Positions 39,379-49,207 of a stretch of 64,000 bases of DNA are shown here, in pieces. The stretch lies in the NCBI GenBank assembly GCA_964390725.1, contig CAYMIW010000008.1, forward strand, positions 13,829-77,828. Direction: 5' to 3'. How positions within the stretch are numbered: position 1 is the first letter of the stretch; every line of letters begins with the position of its first letter. Under the pieces are notes generated by a model. That model did no database searches, was not told where the DNA came from, and saw only the letters and a program-made list of their open reading frames with translations. Source of the DNA: an uncultured Syntrophomonadaceae bacterium (GTDB lineage: Bacteria > Bacillota > Dethiobacteria > DTU022). The translations under genes were made by a program, and so were the position numbers.

Positions 39379-40305
39379 TTATCCTTTCAACTGAAATGCT
39401 CCGGGAATTAATTCTATTTCAACGGGAGCCTTACCTGGCTGTTCACCGTCAAGGTCGAGCAGAGTATTATCAGATGATAGCACAGCTATTTTTCCCCCCC
39501 TCATGCTGGTTATGTTTGGATGAAAAAGATGCTTACCTGCGTATACCTTGGGAAGGTTAAAGATCAGCTTTGTCTTGGCCATACCTTTAATAACAACTAT
39601 ATCAAACTGCCCGTCACTAATATCTGCTTCGGGCGCAATGCACATCCCCCCACCAAAATAGCGTCCGTTACCAACCACAATTACAGCTACTTTTTCGTTA
39701 AAAACCTCTTTACCATCTATCAATATAGTCATTGTTTTATTTTTATAAAGTATCAGGCTGACCAGGGTACCCCATAAAAACGAGATGAATCCGCCAAGAG
39801 CCTTACTGGTTCGGTTAACCCTTGCTACAGTTTCACCGTCAAGTCCCAGTCCTGCAATATTAATAAAAAACCTTTTCTCCTGCTTATTCTCATTATTGAT
39901 ATAAGTAACCTGTCCTAAATCAACTGACCGTACCTTACTGTTCAGTATATGCTGAACCGCTTCGTTGATCACCTTTGGTGTGCCTATAGTCCTGCCGAAG
40001 TCACGACCTGTCCCTGTAGACATAAAACCGGCGGCTGCCAGTTCATTTATCGGCTTTCCACCCTCAAAAAACCCATTTACTACTTCGTTGGCGGTTCCAT
40101 CACCTCCAACGGATATTATTAGGTTAAAACCATCATGCAGGTATTTCCTGGTAATTTCTGTAGCGTGATGCGGTGCTGTTGTAAAACAAAAGTCAATAGC
40201 AGCGCCCGCCTTTTTGAAAGCATCTTCCACTTCTGGCCATTTCTTTCCCGTTTTACCATTGGCTGAAGCCGGGTTAACAACAACAGCAATCTTGTTAGGC
40301 TGCAA
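39379..40305 (-). CDS. Diacylglycerol kinase family lipid kinase (YegS/DagK/BmrU-like)
   Basis: VVNPASANGKTGKKWPE and GGDGT motifs of the DAGK catalytic domain. Confidence 0.85.
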   Translation of the reverse strand: MQPNKIAVVVNPASANGKTGKKWPEVEDAFKKAGAAIDFCFTTAPHHATEITRKYLHDGFNLIISVGGDGTANEVVNGFFEGGKPINELAAAGFMSTGTGRDFGRTIGTPKVINEAVQHILNSKVRSVDLGQVTYINNENKQEKRFFINIAGLGLDGETVARVNRTSKALGGFISFLWGTLVSLILYKNKTMTILIDGKEVFNEKVAVIVVGNGRYFGGGMCIAPEADISDGQFDIVVIKGMAKTKLIFNLPKVYAGKHLFHPNITSMRGGKIAVLSSDNTLLDLDGEQPGKAPVEIELIPGAFQLKG

Positions 40306-40470
40306 TCAGGGCACCTCATTTCTGTTATCCTGGTATGCTTAATCCTTATATTGTTATCCAATTGCCTGTATGATTTATAAGTTTGTAATTAATTATAACA
40401 CAATAAAAACAATAACAAACCTCTCTACAAGCAACTGCTTTACCCTGAAACTAATAAGCAAAATACTCAT

Positions 40471-40499
40471 AAAAAAGCCTGTGCAGATATGCACAGGCT
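40471..40499 (-). terminator. Rho-independent terminator after livF (AGCCTGTGCA / TGCACAGGCT stem, then U6 on the minus strand)
   Basis: 10-bp perfect stem with an adjacent A6 tract on the plus strand. Confidence 0.8.
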
Positions 40500-40522
40500 T
40501 GCTAACAATAAGATATAATTAT

Positions 40523-41227
40523 TTACAAACCAAGATATGCTTTCTTAATATTGTCATCCTCAAGCAGAAAATCACAAGCCCCGCTGGATACAATACTACC
40601 GTTTTCCAAAACATAGGCTCGGTCGGCTATTTCGAGGCTTTGTTTAACATTCTGCTCGACCAGGAAAATTGTCAGCCCCTGATCACGAAGCATCTTAAGC
40701 ATCTCGAATGATTCTTTAACCAATTTAGGCGCCATTCCATATGAAAGTTCATCAAACATACCCAGTTTTGGCCCGGACATTAAACAGCGACCCATGGCCA
40801 ACATTTGCCTCTCTCCACCGCTAAGGGTTTTTGCCAGCTGTTTTCTTCTTTCTTTCAGCTTGGGAAATGTTTGATATACTTTTTCAAGCATTTCGTTTTT
40901 TTTCTTCCAATTTTCTTTCAGAAATGCTCCCATTTCCAGGTTTTCCTGGATTGACATATCCGGGAAAAGCCTACCTCCCTCAGGCAGGTAAGAAATCCCC
41001 ATTTCAACTACGCTGTTTGGTGTAAAACCGGTTATATCATTACCCGTAAATGTTACGCTTCCCGAAGCTGGTTTCATTAATCCTGCTATGGTGTTCAGCA
41101 GAGTCGTTTTTCCTGCGCCGTTTCCTCCGACAAGAGCAACAATTTCTCCCTCTTTGATATTTAAACACACATCCCACAGCACCTGAACATTTCCATAGAA
41201 AGCGTTTATATTCTTAATTTCCAACAT
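40523..41227 (-). CDS. livF: Branched-chain amino-acid ABC transporter ATP-binding protein LivF. Start moved to the internal MLEIKNI.
   Basis: Walker A GGNGAGKTT, the LSGGERQ signature and Walker B. Confidence 0.88.
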   Translation of the reverse strand: MLEIKNINAFYGNVQVLWDVCLNIKEGEIVALVGGNGAGKTTLLNTIAGLMKPASGSVTFTGNDITGFTPNSVVEMGISYLPEGGRLFPDMSIQENLEMGAFLKENWKKKNEMLEKVYQTFPKLKERRKQLAKTLSGGERQMLAMGRCLMSGPKLGMFDELSYGMAPKLVKESFEMLKMLRDQGLTIFLVEQNVKQSLEIADRAYVLENGSIVSSGACDFLLEDDNIKKAYLGL

Positions 41228-41237
41228 AGGCTCTACT

Positions 41238-41960
41238 TCACTCCCCCAGGTAGACTTCGATAACGGCACTGCTATTACAGACATCATCCGGACATCCTTC
41301 AGCTAGCAGTTTACCGTGATGCAAAACGAGTATCCGTTTGCATATACTCATGATTGCTTTCATTACATGCTCAATCATAATTATAGTAATACCCCGGTTC
41401 TGTATACGCTGGACAAGATCCATAGATTCTGTTACCTCTGTAGGGTTCAATCCAGCCATCAGTTCATCCAGAAGCATCATCTCAGGCTTGGTTGCCAGGG
41501 CGCGCGCTACCTCCACGCGCTTCTGGTTTACAAGAGTTAAACTGCCGGCAATATTATCCTGAATATTTTTAATGCCAACAAAGTCAATGCATTCTTCAGC
41601 TACTGCAACAGCTTCTTCTTTTGATTGTTTACTATCCGGGGATCCAAAAAGCGAGCCGAGCAGAACATTTTGATATACACTCATTTCCGGGAAAACCTTT
41701 ACAGCCTGGAAGGTTCTTACCAACCCCTTGTGGCAGATATAATTAGGCTTTAACCCGACAATATCTTCGTTGTTAAAAATAATTTTGCCGGAATTTGGGA
41801 CATAGGTGCCTGCTATCAAATTAAAGAGCGTTGTTTTGCCGGCCCCGTTTGGCCCAATCAAACCCAGCAGCTCACCCTTTTCAACTTGCAAGTCAACGCC
41901 GCCTACCGCAGCCAGTCCGCCAAAATATTTTGTTAAGCCTTCAACTTTTAGTATCTGCAT
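41238..41960 (-). CDS. livG: Branched-chain amino-acid ABC transporter ATP-binding protein LivG
   Basis: Walker A GPNGAGKTT, the LAGLNP signature region and Walker B LLDE. Confidence 0.88.
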   Translation of the reverse strand: MQILKVEGLTKYFGGLAAVGGVDLQVEKGELLGLIGPNGAGKTTLFNLIAGTYVPNSGKIIFNNEDIVGLKPNYICHKGLVRTFQAVKVFPEMSVYQNVLLGSLFGSPDSKQSKEEAVAVAEECIDFVGIKNIQDNIAGSLTLVNQKRVEVARALATKPEMMLLDELMAGLNPTEVTESMDLVQRIQNRGITIIMIEHVMKAIMSICKRILVLHHGKLLAEGCPDDVCNSSAVIEVYLGE

Positions 41961-42924
41961 TTTCCCCTCCTGGACTTCCCGACCTTAACTTCTTAATAAT
42001 ATAGGCAAATAATTTCTGGAACAAACCGATGATTCCATTCGGCAGGTAGATAATTGTAATCACCATGATCGTTCCGAAAATTAGCATGTAGTAATAGGGA
42101 AATCTGGTAACCAGAATTTCCTGCAGGTATGTGAATATCGACGCACCCAAAATCGGACCCAAAAGGCTTCCCATACCGCCGAATATAGCCATCAGGGTAG
42201 GCAGGAATGAGTAAAAAGCATCAAAGGCGATATAAGGATCAATAAAACCCCACCGTGTTGCCATTGCCGTTCCGGCAACGCCGGCAAACAGTGCGCTGAT
42301 AGCAAAGGTCATAACTTTAACCCTTACTACATTAATACCTATATGAACAGCGGCATCCTCGCTGCTGCCGATGCTTGATAGGGCAAGCCCGTATTTTGAA
42401 CGTTTGATCAAGTACATAGTGATCAATAATATAGCCAGAGTGCTTAGCAAAACATAGAAAACAGTAACATTGTCCACCCTTGTTACAAACTGGCCCCTCG
42501 TACCGATTATATTTACCTCAATCCAGGATACAACGTGCTTGATCAATTCAACCAGGCCAAAAGTAAAGATGGCAAAGTATACGCCCCGTAGACGCAAAGT
42601 AATCGTTCCGACTCCGTAGGCAAGAAGAAAGCTTGCCAGGCCGCCGGTTAACACCAACAAACCTATCGGGAGGTAGTCGCCTAGAAGCGCTGCATTATAA
42701 ATGCCTACTCCAAAAAATGCGGCAGTAGCCAGGGAAGTATATCCGGTCGGACCGGAAAACATGCTCCAGCTTAAAGAAAGAATTACATACATAATGATCG
42801 AACTGAGCAAAATTATAGTGTAAGTCCTGGCATATGAGGGTGCAAAAGCTAAAATCAGAAAAAATGCAACAGCCAGAGCCATTACCAAATGATTTTTATG
42901 TTTATCAAACCAGGCTAGATTCAT
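41941..42924 (-). CDS. livM: Branched-chain amino-acid ABC transporter permease LivM
   Basis: 327 aa polytopic LivM-type permease. Confidence 0.85.
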   Translation of the reverse strand: MNLAWFDKHKNHLVMALAVAFFLILAFAPSYARTYTIILLSSIIMYVILSLSWSMFSGPTGYTSLATAAFFGVGIYNAALLGDYLPIGLLVLTGGLASFLLAYGVGTITLRLRGVYFAIFTFGLVELIKHVVSWIEVNIIGTRGQFVTRVDNVTVFYVLLSTLAILLITMYLIKRSKYGLALSSIGSSEDAAVHIGINVVRVKVMTFAISALFAGVAGTAMATRWGFIDPYIAFDAFYSFLPTLMAIFGGMGSLLGPILGASIFTYLQEILVTRFPYYYMLIFGTIMVITIIYLPNGIIGLFQKLFAYIIKKLRSGSPGGENADTKS

Positions 42925-42928
42925 TTTT

Positions 42929-43831
42929 CTACCTCCCCATGATGCCAGCCGGTTTAACCAGCAACAAGATCATAAACACAAAGAAATAAGCAGCCATTGT
43001 TAATCCCGGTTCAAAAGCATTGACGATACTGCCTAGCATACCTAATATGAATCCACCGATTAAACTACCCGAGATACTGCCCAGGCCACCAAGCACAACA
43101 ACAATAATAGCGATAACTGTATACTGTAGACCCATGGTTGTTTGTATTGGGTAGACCATGCTGAGCAAAACACCGGCAAACCCTGCCATCAAAGCCCCGA
43201 TAGCAAAACAAAGAGCCAGCATTTTATTAATTTCAACACCCATTAGTCCCGCAGCATCAGGATCCTGTGCTGATGCCCTGATTGCTTTACCAATACGGGT
43301 ATGGGTCAGGAATAGGTAAAATAAAAGACATATAGCAACAGCAAAAGCCAGCAGAACCAGGCGGTTGGCTGAAAAACGTATGCTGCCCAGGTAAACTGAA
43401 TAAGCCATGAAAGAATAGCCCTGTATCTGGGTTCCCCAGATTACCATGGCCAGGCTCTGGATGATAAACATAATACCAAAAGCCAGCAAAATAGAATTTC
43501 CTTCAAAGGCAGGTAAAGAGGGCGATCTATCCTTCAAAGTCTTAAACAAAAAGCGATGTACTACATAGCCGACAAAAAATAAAAAAGGACCTGCTATAGC
43601 CAGCGAGTAAAGCGGATTAAGCAGGTGATTTGTAAACAACATCCAGGTGATAAAAGCGCCAACCATGATAAATTCTCCGTGGGCAATATTCAATATACGC
43701 GCTACACCGTACTGCATACTGAGCCCGACAGAGATCAGGGCATATATGCCCCCCATGATCAGCCCAGTGATAATTATGTTTAAAACCGCAGTTGTCATTG
43801 CTCCAACTCCTGTCCGGACATTCTTATACAA
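42929..43831 (-). CDS. livH: Branched-chain amino-acid ABC transporter permease LivH
   Basis: 300 aa polytopic LivH-type permease. Confidence 0.85.
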   Translation of the reverse strand: MYKNVRTGVGAMTTAVLNIIITGLIMGGIYALISVGLSMQYGVARILNIAHGEFIMVGAFITWMLFTNHLLNPLYSLAIAGPFLFFVGYVVHRFLFKTLKDRSPSLPAFEGNSILLAFGIMFIIQSLAMVIWGTQIQGYSFMAYSVYLGSIRFSANRLVLLAFAVAICLLFYLFLTHTRIGKAIRASAQDPDAAGLMGVEINKMLALCFAIGALMAGFAGVLLSMVYPIQTTMGLQYTVIAIIVVVLGGLGSISGSLIGGFILGMLGSIVNAFEPGLTMAAYFFVFMILLLVKPAGIMGR

Positions 43832-43957
43832 GATAGGCTGCCTTCTCGGTATTACCTCTCCGGTTTTAAACCGGGAGGCTGGAGTAAACTACCCATCAGG
43901 CAGCCTGATTTTTACTGATTATGATCTGTCTGTTTCTTATATAATCGAATTACTGTT

Positions 43958-45214
43958 TTACCAGGCAGGCTTGGGAATCACCGGATCTGCCGTGGCTTTA
44001 TCTGCCGGGGCAATCACTTCAAATTTTCCGTTGACCCATTGACCAACCTGACCTTCATAGCATTCGGCAGGTACAGCGCCGTTTTCAAACCAAACAGTGC
44101 CCATTACAGTTTCAAACCGTTCCTCACTGATAACGTCTTTAATTACATCATGATCAAGGGTACCGGCTTTTTCAATAGCCTGCTCCAGGATCTCCAGGGA
44201 AGCATAATACGGCAGGTGACCCCACCAATCAAACAGGTCTTCGCCTCCATAGTAATCAACAAACATATCGTAGAATTCCGCTGCCTCGGGAGAGCTCTTT
44301 TCATTCCAGGCTCCCCAACCCATAATTCCTTCAACCATGGGTCCGAAAATACCGGGGAAGAACTGGAAGTTTGCTCCAGGTCCCAGTAAAAGTACATCGG
44401 GGTTATAACCCATTTCAATACACTGCCCGACAAGCAGGAAGTTCTGATCGGGATAGGCAAAACAAAGCAGCGCGTCTACATCGGACGCCATTGCTTCGCT
44501 TATAATTGAAGACATGTCGTCAATTTCAGGCGGGACGCTTCTGGAGAAGGCAACTTCAATCCCATTTACTTCCAGCAAGGGAACTGCATCGCCGGAATAC
44601 TCAATGCCGTGCTGATCGGCAATGAAAATTATTGCTGCTGACTCAACACCGTTAGCAGCAAGCATATCAACCATTGCCGGGACCTGGTGAGTAGCGTGGT
44701 TTAATATTGAAAAGAAGTAAGGCAGGCGGGCCATTAAAGGTTCAAGTTCTTTTGCTCCACCTTCGGCACCCATCAGGATGTAGCCGTGCTGGCTGGTCAA
44801 TTCAGCCGCTGTCTTCAGAAAAGCGGTGCTGACCGGGGGAAGAAGGAAATCAACCTCATCTTCAACAATCAGCCTTTCCATGAGCCTGGTCATTGTTCCC
44901 ATGTCCGAGGTGTCATCATAAATAAGCAGCTCAACGGGCAATTGTTTTCCATACTCTTCCACATAAATGCCGCCCCGCTCATTTACCTTGTCAGCCCACA
45001 TGCGGTACATTGGTCCGAATGCCGATTCATCAAATACGGCATAAACACCGGATTGTGAACGGACACCACCAAAGACCAAAACTTCTTTATCTGTATCAAT
45101 AGGTGCTGCGCCTTCATCCTGGTCGGGAGCTGCATCTCCGCCGCATCCTGTTATCATCAAGGGCAAAACCAGAAAACATACAACCAAAAGCGCTAAAAAT
45201 ACTTTTTTAGTCAT
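43958..45214 (-). CDS. ABC transporter substrate-binding lipoprotein (LivJ/LivK-like, type I periplasmic binding fold)
   Basis: Lipobox LPLMITGCGG at the N-terminus. 418 aa with a type 1 PBP fold. Confidence 0.8.
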   Translation of the reverse strand: MTKKVFLALLVVCFLVLPLMITGCGGDAAPDQDEGAAPIDTDKEVLVFGGVRSQSGVYAVFDESAFGPMYRMWADKVNERGGIYVEEYGKQLPVELLIYDDTSDMGTMTRLMERLIVEDEVDFLLPPVSTAFLKTAAELTSQHGYILMGAEGGAKELEPLMARLPYFFSILNHATHQVPAMVDMLAANGVESAAIIFIADQHGIEYSGDAVPLLEVNGIEVAFSRSVPPEIDDMSSIISEAMASDVDALLCFAYPDQNFLLVGQCIEMGYNPDVLLLGPGANFQFFPGIFGPMVEGIMGWGAWNEKSSPEAAEFYDMFVDYYGGEDLFDWWGHLPYYASLEILEQAIEKAGTLDHDVIKDVISEERFETVMGTVWFENGAVPAECYEGQVGQWVNGKFEVIAPADKATADPVIPKPAW

Positions 45215-45356
45215 TAACTATACCCCCACTAAAATATTATTTTCATGCGATTATTTTCATTCAGATATCCGATTTTTAAAGAACTTAAATTTGGCCTCCT
45301 TTCTGTAGTATTGATACGCATTACCAGACAGTATAATTACGAAGAAATAGATTTTG

Positions 45357-45372
45357 TATATATATATATATA
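45357..45372. repeat. (TA)8 dinucleotide microsatellite overlapping the predicted -10 region of the liv operon promoter
   Basis: Seen directly: G TATATATATATATATA T TATATG. A TTGACA -35 box lies at 45388-45393 on the minus strand, 17 bp from a TATATA inside the repeat. Confidence 0.7.
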
Positions 45373-45478
45373 TATTATATGCAGTATTTTGTCAAACTTA
45401 ATTTTTCAAATTAATCAGCTTAAAAAATACAAAATATAAATTTCACAAATATCTTAATTTATGTTAACAACTCTAATG

Positions 45479-45514
45479 AAAAAGGGGATGATTAAAAAAT
45501 AATCATCCCCTTTT
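45479..45514 (-). terminator. Terminator hairpin (GGGGATGATT / AATCATCCCC, A/T tracts on both sides) after the DUF2207 gene and before the liv promoter
   Basis: 10-bp perfect stem flanked by an A4 and a T5 run. Bidirectional in form. Confidence 0.8.
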
Positions 45515-45528
45515 TCATATAACTTTAA

Positions 45529-47364
45529 TTAGCGGGCACCGCCGCCGCCTCCACCGCCTCCACCGCCTCCACCGCCTGAAAAACCCCCTCCACCGCCGGA
45601 ACCTGACGATGAAGCAGATTTGAAAGCGTTTTTGAAGGATTGTTCCATTGAAGATGTGACGGTATTAAACCGTGACGGGTTTGCCGCAATTGAACCGTAA
45701 GCGGGCCAGGCTACATATTTATTATCTGACAAATCAGGATAAACCAGCTTCAACTGCTCCATAACCTCTTTTGCCACATTCAGAACTATGGCATAGACAA
45801 GATAATGTTCCCATATAACCAGTGAAGGTATTGTGGATTGATCAAGTCGCGAGAAATGCTGCAAGAACTTTTTAAAAGCTTCCCACTTGGCATAATGATC
45901 CGCTCCAAGTGCAGTGAACCTTTTAAGCATGGTAAAGCCAACCAGGAAGAGCGGGCCGGCGATAACGGCAATCATCCCGGTTATTAAAATATCAAGCATT
46001 ATAAAAGGAATACCTATCACGGTCAAAATTATACCGGCGATTATCCCCGGCCAGTAAGTGCCAAGGAAGAATTTGTGTTTATCGGCACTTTCTTTTATAC
46101 TTTCCGTCCAGCTTTTATAAAATTTGTAGGTTTCTTCTTTACTGCGCTTACCAAATTGTTCGATTGCCTGCAAAGTAGTTCCTTCAGATTTAAACGCGCC
46201 AACCTTCTCAAAAATAAATGAATACAAAAGCTGTTCGTGTTTTTTTAAAACATCCTTTCCCTCAGCCGGGATTACTTTATAATCTGTAAATTCACGCTTA
46301 ATCAGCCTGCCCCGGGTAGCACTGTATTCTTCCAGTCTGAGGTGCCCCCTTCTGGCCAGATCCATTACCGTTGCGGTAAAATCTTCCGGTCCTGTGCGGC
46401 CCTTTCTAACCAGGTAACCGGCTTCAGACGGACTGTATTCAGCGGGAAGCTCACGGTAGTAATCCCCGTTGTATGCATCAGGATGGCGTCTTGATTTAAT
46501 AACAGCAGTAATCAACCATCCCAACATGCCAAGCAGAATAACCGGTCCCAGGAAAAAATCTATCCTGGTTACAGTTCTTTTCAGGTTTGCCTGCCGGGCC
46601 CATCTTTCCTCATCTTTTAACATATCCGGCAATCCATCCCGGCCTGTAAAATTGTCAGATCCCGGCACAAGCTCTTTTGGAAATGCAACCCTTCCTTCCA
46701 GGAAAGTACCCGGGGAAAGATCCTCTACTTCCCAGCGGACCGTTGTTGAATCGATCAGACCAACATATCCATGAAGCGGTCCGTGCCCCCATACCTTTAC
46801 CTGATCACTTGCTGTTTCTCCAGGAAGATACAGAGTTACAACTGCAGACTCTGTTCGTTGATCCCATTCGTCACCGATAAACTGCCAGTATATTTCAGCC
46901 AGGTCATTATGAACCTGGACAGCATTTGTTACCAGGTAGGATATTGTAAAGGTCCGGTCTTCATTAGAAGCCTCAAAACTCCAGTCAATAACTACTTCAT
47001 CGCCTATAGTATCAACATAGTAGATCCCGGGAATATCCTGGGTGCCTGCCGGCATTTGACGGTATAAGTTTCCTTCCTCGCTGACGACAACATCAGTAAT
47101 CGCCGTATTATATTTTAATGGTATGTATAACCATGCGCCCCTGTACCTTCCATCAAACCTAAAAGTTCGTTCTTCAACAACCTTCATTGAACCGTCGGGC
47201 AGTATTTCAGCTTCAATAAAAACCGTTGGGAAAAAAAATGAACGGTTATCCTGGGCTCCGGCTGTACCTGAAAGGAAGAATATGATCAGGAGTGTGATTA
47301 AAACAGTAACAGTTGTTAACCCACCTGACCGGTTTACGACAGACCTCTTAAGGTTATTCTTCAT
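45529..47364 (-). CDS. DUF2207-domain membrane protein with a C-terminal poly-glycine tail
   Basis: 611 aa: signal/TM helix, an extracytoplasmic domain, TM helices, then SSGSGGGGGFSGGGGGGGGGGGGGAR encoded by tandem 9-nt repeats. Paired with lemA. Confidence 0.8.
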   Translation of the reverse strand: MKNNLKRSVVNRSGGLTTVTVLITLLIIFFLSGTAGAQDNRSFFFPTVFIEAEILPDGSMKVVEERTFRFDGRYRGAWLYIPLKYNTAITDVVVSEEGNLYRQMPAGTQDIPGIYYVDTIGDEVVIDWSFEASNEDRTFTISYLVTNAVQVHNDLAEIYWQFIGDEWDQRTESAVVTLYLPGETASDQVKVWGHGPLHGYVGLIDSTTVRWEVEDLSPGTFLEGRVAFPKELVPGSDNFTGRDGLPDMLKDEERWARQANLKRTVTRIDFFLGPVILLGMLGWLITAVIKSRRHPDAYNGDYYRELPAEYSPSEAGYLVRKGRTGPEDFTATVMDLARRGHLRLEEYSATRGRLIKREFTDYKVIPAEGKDVLKKHEQLLYSFIFEKVGAFKSEGTTLQAIEQFGKRSKEETYKFYKSWTESIKESADKHKFFLGTYWPGIIAGIILTVIGIPFIMLDILITGMIAVIAGPLFLVGFTMLKRFTALGADHYAKWEAFKKFLQHFSRLDQSTIPSLVIWEHYLVYAIVLNVAKEVMEQLKLVYPDLSDNKYVAWPAYGSIAANPSRFNTVTSSMEQSFKNAFKSASSSGSGGGGGFSGGGGGGGGGGGGGAR

Positions 47365-47375
47365 TTGTTTTTCCT

Positions 47376-47948
47376 TTAAAATTCAACTTTTACTGCTTCA
47401 CGGGCAGCGGCTTCTTCGTCCAGGTTAAAATATTCTTCTTTATGAAAACCAAACATGCCGGCAACTAATACGGTTGGAAAACGCTGTATGCTGGTATTGT
47501 AGGTCATGACAGTATCATTATAGAACTGACGGGAAAAGGCAATTTTTCCCTCTGTATTGGTCAGTTCTTCCTGAAGCTGGCGGAAGTTGGCATCTGCCTT
47601 AAGTTCAGGATAATTTTCGGCTACTGCGAATAAAGTTTTTAAAGCTCCTGACAGCATATTTTCCGCACCGGACTGCTCCTTAACATCCTTTGCCTGAATT
47701 GCCATATTGCGGGCCTGGGTGACTTTTTCAAAGGTTTCTCTTTCGTGAGTAGCATAACCCTTAACAGTATTTACCAGGTTGGGAATTAAATCATAACGCC
47801 TTTTTAGTTGAACCTCAATTTGGGCCCATGCATTTTTAATTCTCTGCCTTAAAGTGACCAGGCGGTTGTATATACCGATTAGAGCAACAACAATGATAGC
47901 TATAATACCTATAATTACCCACACCATACAGTTCATCTCCCTTTCCAA
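47376..47948 (-). CDS. lemA: LemA family protein
   Basis: N-terminal TM helix and LemA domain (RYDLIPNLVNTVKGYATHE). Confidence 0.85.
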   Translation of the reverse strand: MEREMNCMVWVIIGIIAIIVVALIGIYNRLVTLRQRIKNAWAQIEVQLKRRYDLIPNLVNTVKGYATHERETFEKVTQARNMAIQAKDVKEQSGAENMLSGALKTLFAVAENYPELKADANFRQLQEELTNTEGKIAFSRQFYNDTVMTYNTSIQRFPTVLVAGMFGFHKEEYFNLDEEAAAREAVKVEF

Positions 47949-48030
47949 TATCTTTGATTTTTAATTGCCGTTGGTAAATATTTCGCAATCATCTGCGTTT
48001 TTCCTGCAACAAGCTTACTGCATCGATGAT

Positions 48031-49038
48031 TTATAGCTGCAGTTCCACAATATCTTCATCTTCCAGGATATACTCGCGGGGGACTGCCTGCCCGTCAAAT
48101 TTTGAAGAACCCCAGAGCAAGGCACTCTTTAGGTTTTTAGGGAAATCTTTATGTACCTGCGCAGCAAAGTCAAGCACATTACTGCCTTTTTTTAAGATAA
48201 AGGGCCGTTCCCTGTCTACAGAACGACCCGATGCCTTTCCATAAACCCTGATAATATTCAGGATTTCATATGCTTTTTCTTTTAAAACCTCCAAACCTGT
48301 TCCATTGTTAGATACTTCAATAAAATCCAACCCGGGCCATAACTCTTTTAATACTTCCAAGTTATCAGAAGCATCAGGGTGGTCTACCTTGTTGGCAAGC
48401 ATCAGGAAAGGTATAGGTGCAATAATAAATCCATCTTCAGACAGATCAATTACTTCACGTTCCTGGAGGATTGTAGTTAACCCTTCCATCTGTTCAAGAC
48501 AATCTGCAGTGGATAGATCAATCACAATCATCAACGCATCGGCATCTTTAAAAGTACCGATTAGACCGGCAGGAATATTCTCCCTGGAAAGAGGCGGAGT
48601 ATCAACCAGCTGAATGAAGGTATCTTTATAAGGCATCATTCCGCTAACCGGCAAAGCGGTTGCAAAAGGATATTCGGTTATTTTAACTTTGGCCCTGGAA
48701 AGAAGCCCAACCAAAGATGATTTCCCGCTGTTTGGATACCCGGCTAATACAATCTGTCCTGCTCCCTGCTTTTCTACACCAAAGGGGTTAAACCCGCTTT
48801 TTGTCTTCTTTTTATTCTTACCCTCTTCTTTAAAACGAGCTATTTTTTTCTTGATATCACCCTGCAGGCGCTCGGTACCTTTATGCTTGGGGATTATAGC
48901 CAGCATATCCTGGAGGGCAGCTATTTTATCTTCCGATGTTTGCGCATTTTTATAACGTTCTTCTGCGGCATAATACTGTGGTGTTAAATTGGCAGGCAAT
49001 ACAGACCCCCCTTGCTTTAACAGGTGCATTTGTATCAT
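48031..49038 (-). CDS. DRG-family (Obg-class) GTPase with a C-terminal TGS domain
   Basis: Lys-rich N-terminal region. G1 GYPNSGKSS and G3 DTPP motifs. The C-terminal PFILKKGSNVLDFAAQVHKDF...LWGSSKFDGQAVPREYILEDEDIV closely follows the DRG TGS consensus. Confidence 0.7.
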   Translation of the reverse strand: MIQMHLLKQGGSVLPANLTPQYYAAEERYKNAQTSEDKIAALQDMLAIIPKHKGTERLQGDIKKKIARFKEEGKNKKKTKSGFNPFGVEKQGAGQIVLAGYPNSGKSSLVGLLSRAKVKITEYPFATALPVSGMMPYKDTFIQLVDTPPLSRENIPAGLIGTFKDADALMIVIDLSTADCLEQMEGLTTILQEREVIDLSEDGFIIAPIPFLMLANKVDHPDASDNLEVLKELWPGLDFIEVSNNGTGLEVLKEKAYEILNIIRVYGKASGRSVDRERPFILKKGSNVLDFAAQVHKDFPKNLKSALLWGSSKFDGQAVPREYILEDEDIVELQL

Positions 49039-49083
49039 AGCACAGATAGAAAAAGATTTGTAGATACCAGAACAATGCCTTTC

Positions 49084-49113
49084 TTGACACAGATAACCGC
49101 CTAATGCTAAAAT
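49084..49113 (+). promoter_or_regulatory. Promoter for tRNA-Val: TTGACA, 18-bp spacer, TAAAAT
   Basis: Seen directly, ending ~20 nt upstream of the tRNA 5' end. Confidence 0.6.
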
Positions 49114-49132
49114 GTTTTTGCAATATAAACAT

Positions 49133-49207
49133 GCGCCTGTAGCTCAGGGGGAGAGCGCTTGCTTGACACGCAAGAGGCCCGTGGTTCAAAACCACGCAGG
49201 CGCACCA
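49133..49207 (+). tRNA. tRNA-Val (anticodon GAC) with encoded CCA
   Basis: Manual cloverleaf. Acceptor GCGCCTG/CAGGCGC, D stem GCTC/GAGC, anticodon stem CTTGC/GCAAG with loop TTGACAC (U33, GAC, A37), T arm CGTGG-TTCAAAA-CCACG, discriminator A, then CCA. Confidence 0.85.

Noticed and set aside
43647-44389. Plus-strand ORFs 43647..44042 and 44039..44389 antisense to livH/livK
   Set aside because: They are antisense to conserved ABC-transporter genes.
45245-45439. 64-aa plus-strand ORF in the AT-rich liv promoter region
   Set aside because: It has low complexity, runs through the (TA)n repeat and has no RBS. It is a promoter region, not a gene.
45357-45577. Possibility of a CRISPR array or other interspersed repeats
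   Set aside because: Only a dinucleotide microsatellite and in-frame 9-nt coding repeats are present. There are no 25-40 nt direct repeats with unique spacers anywhere in the window.
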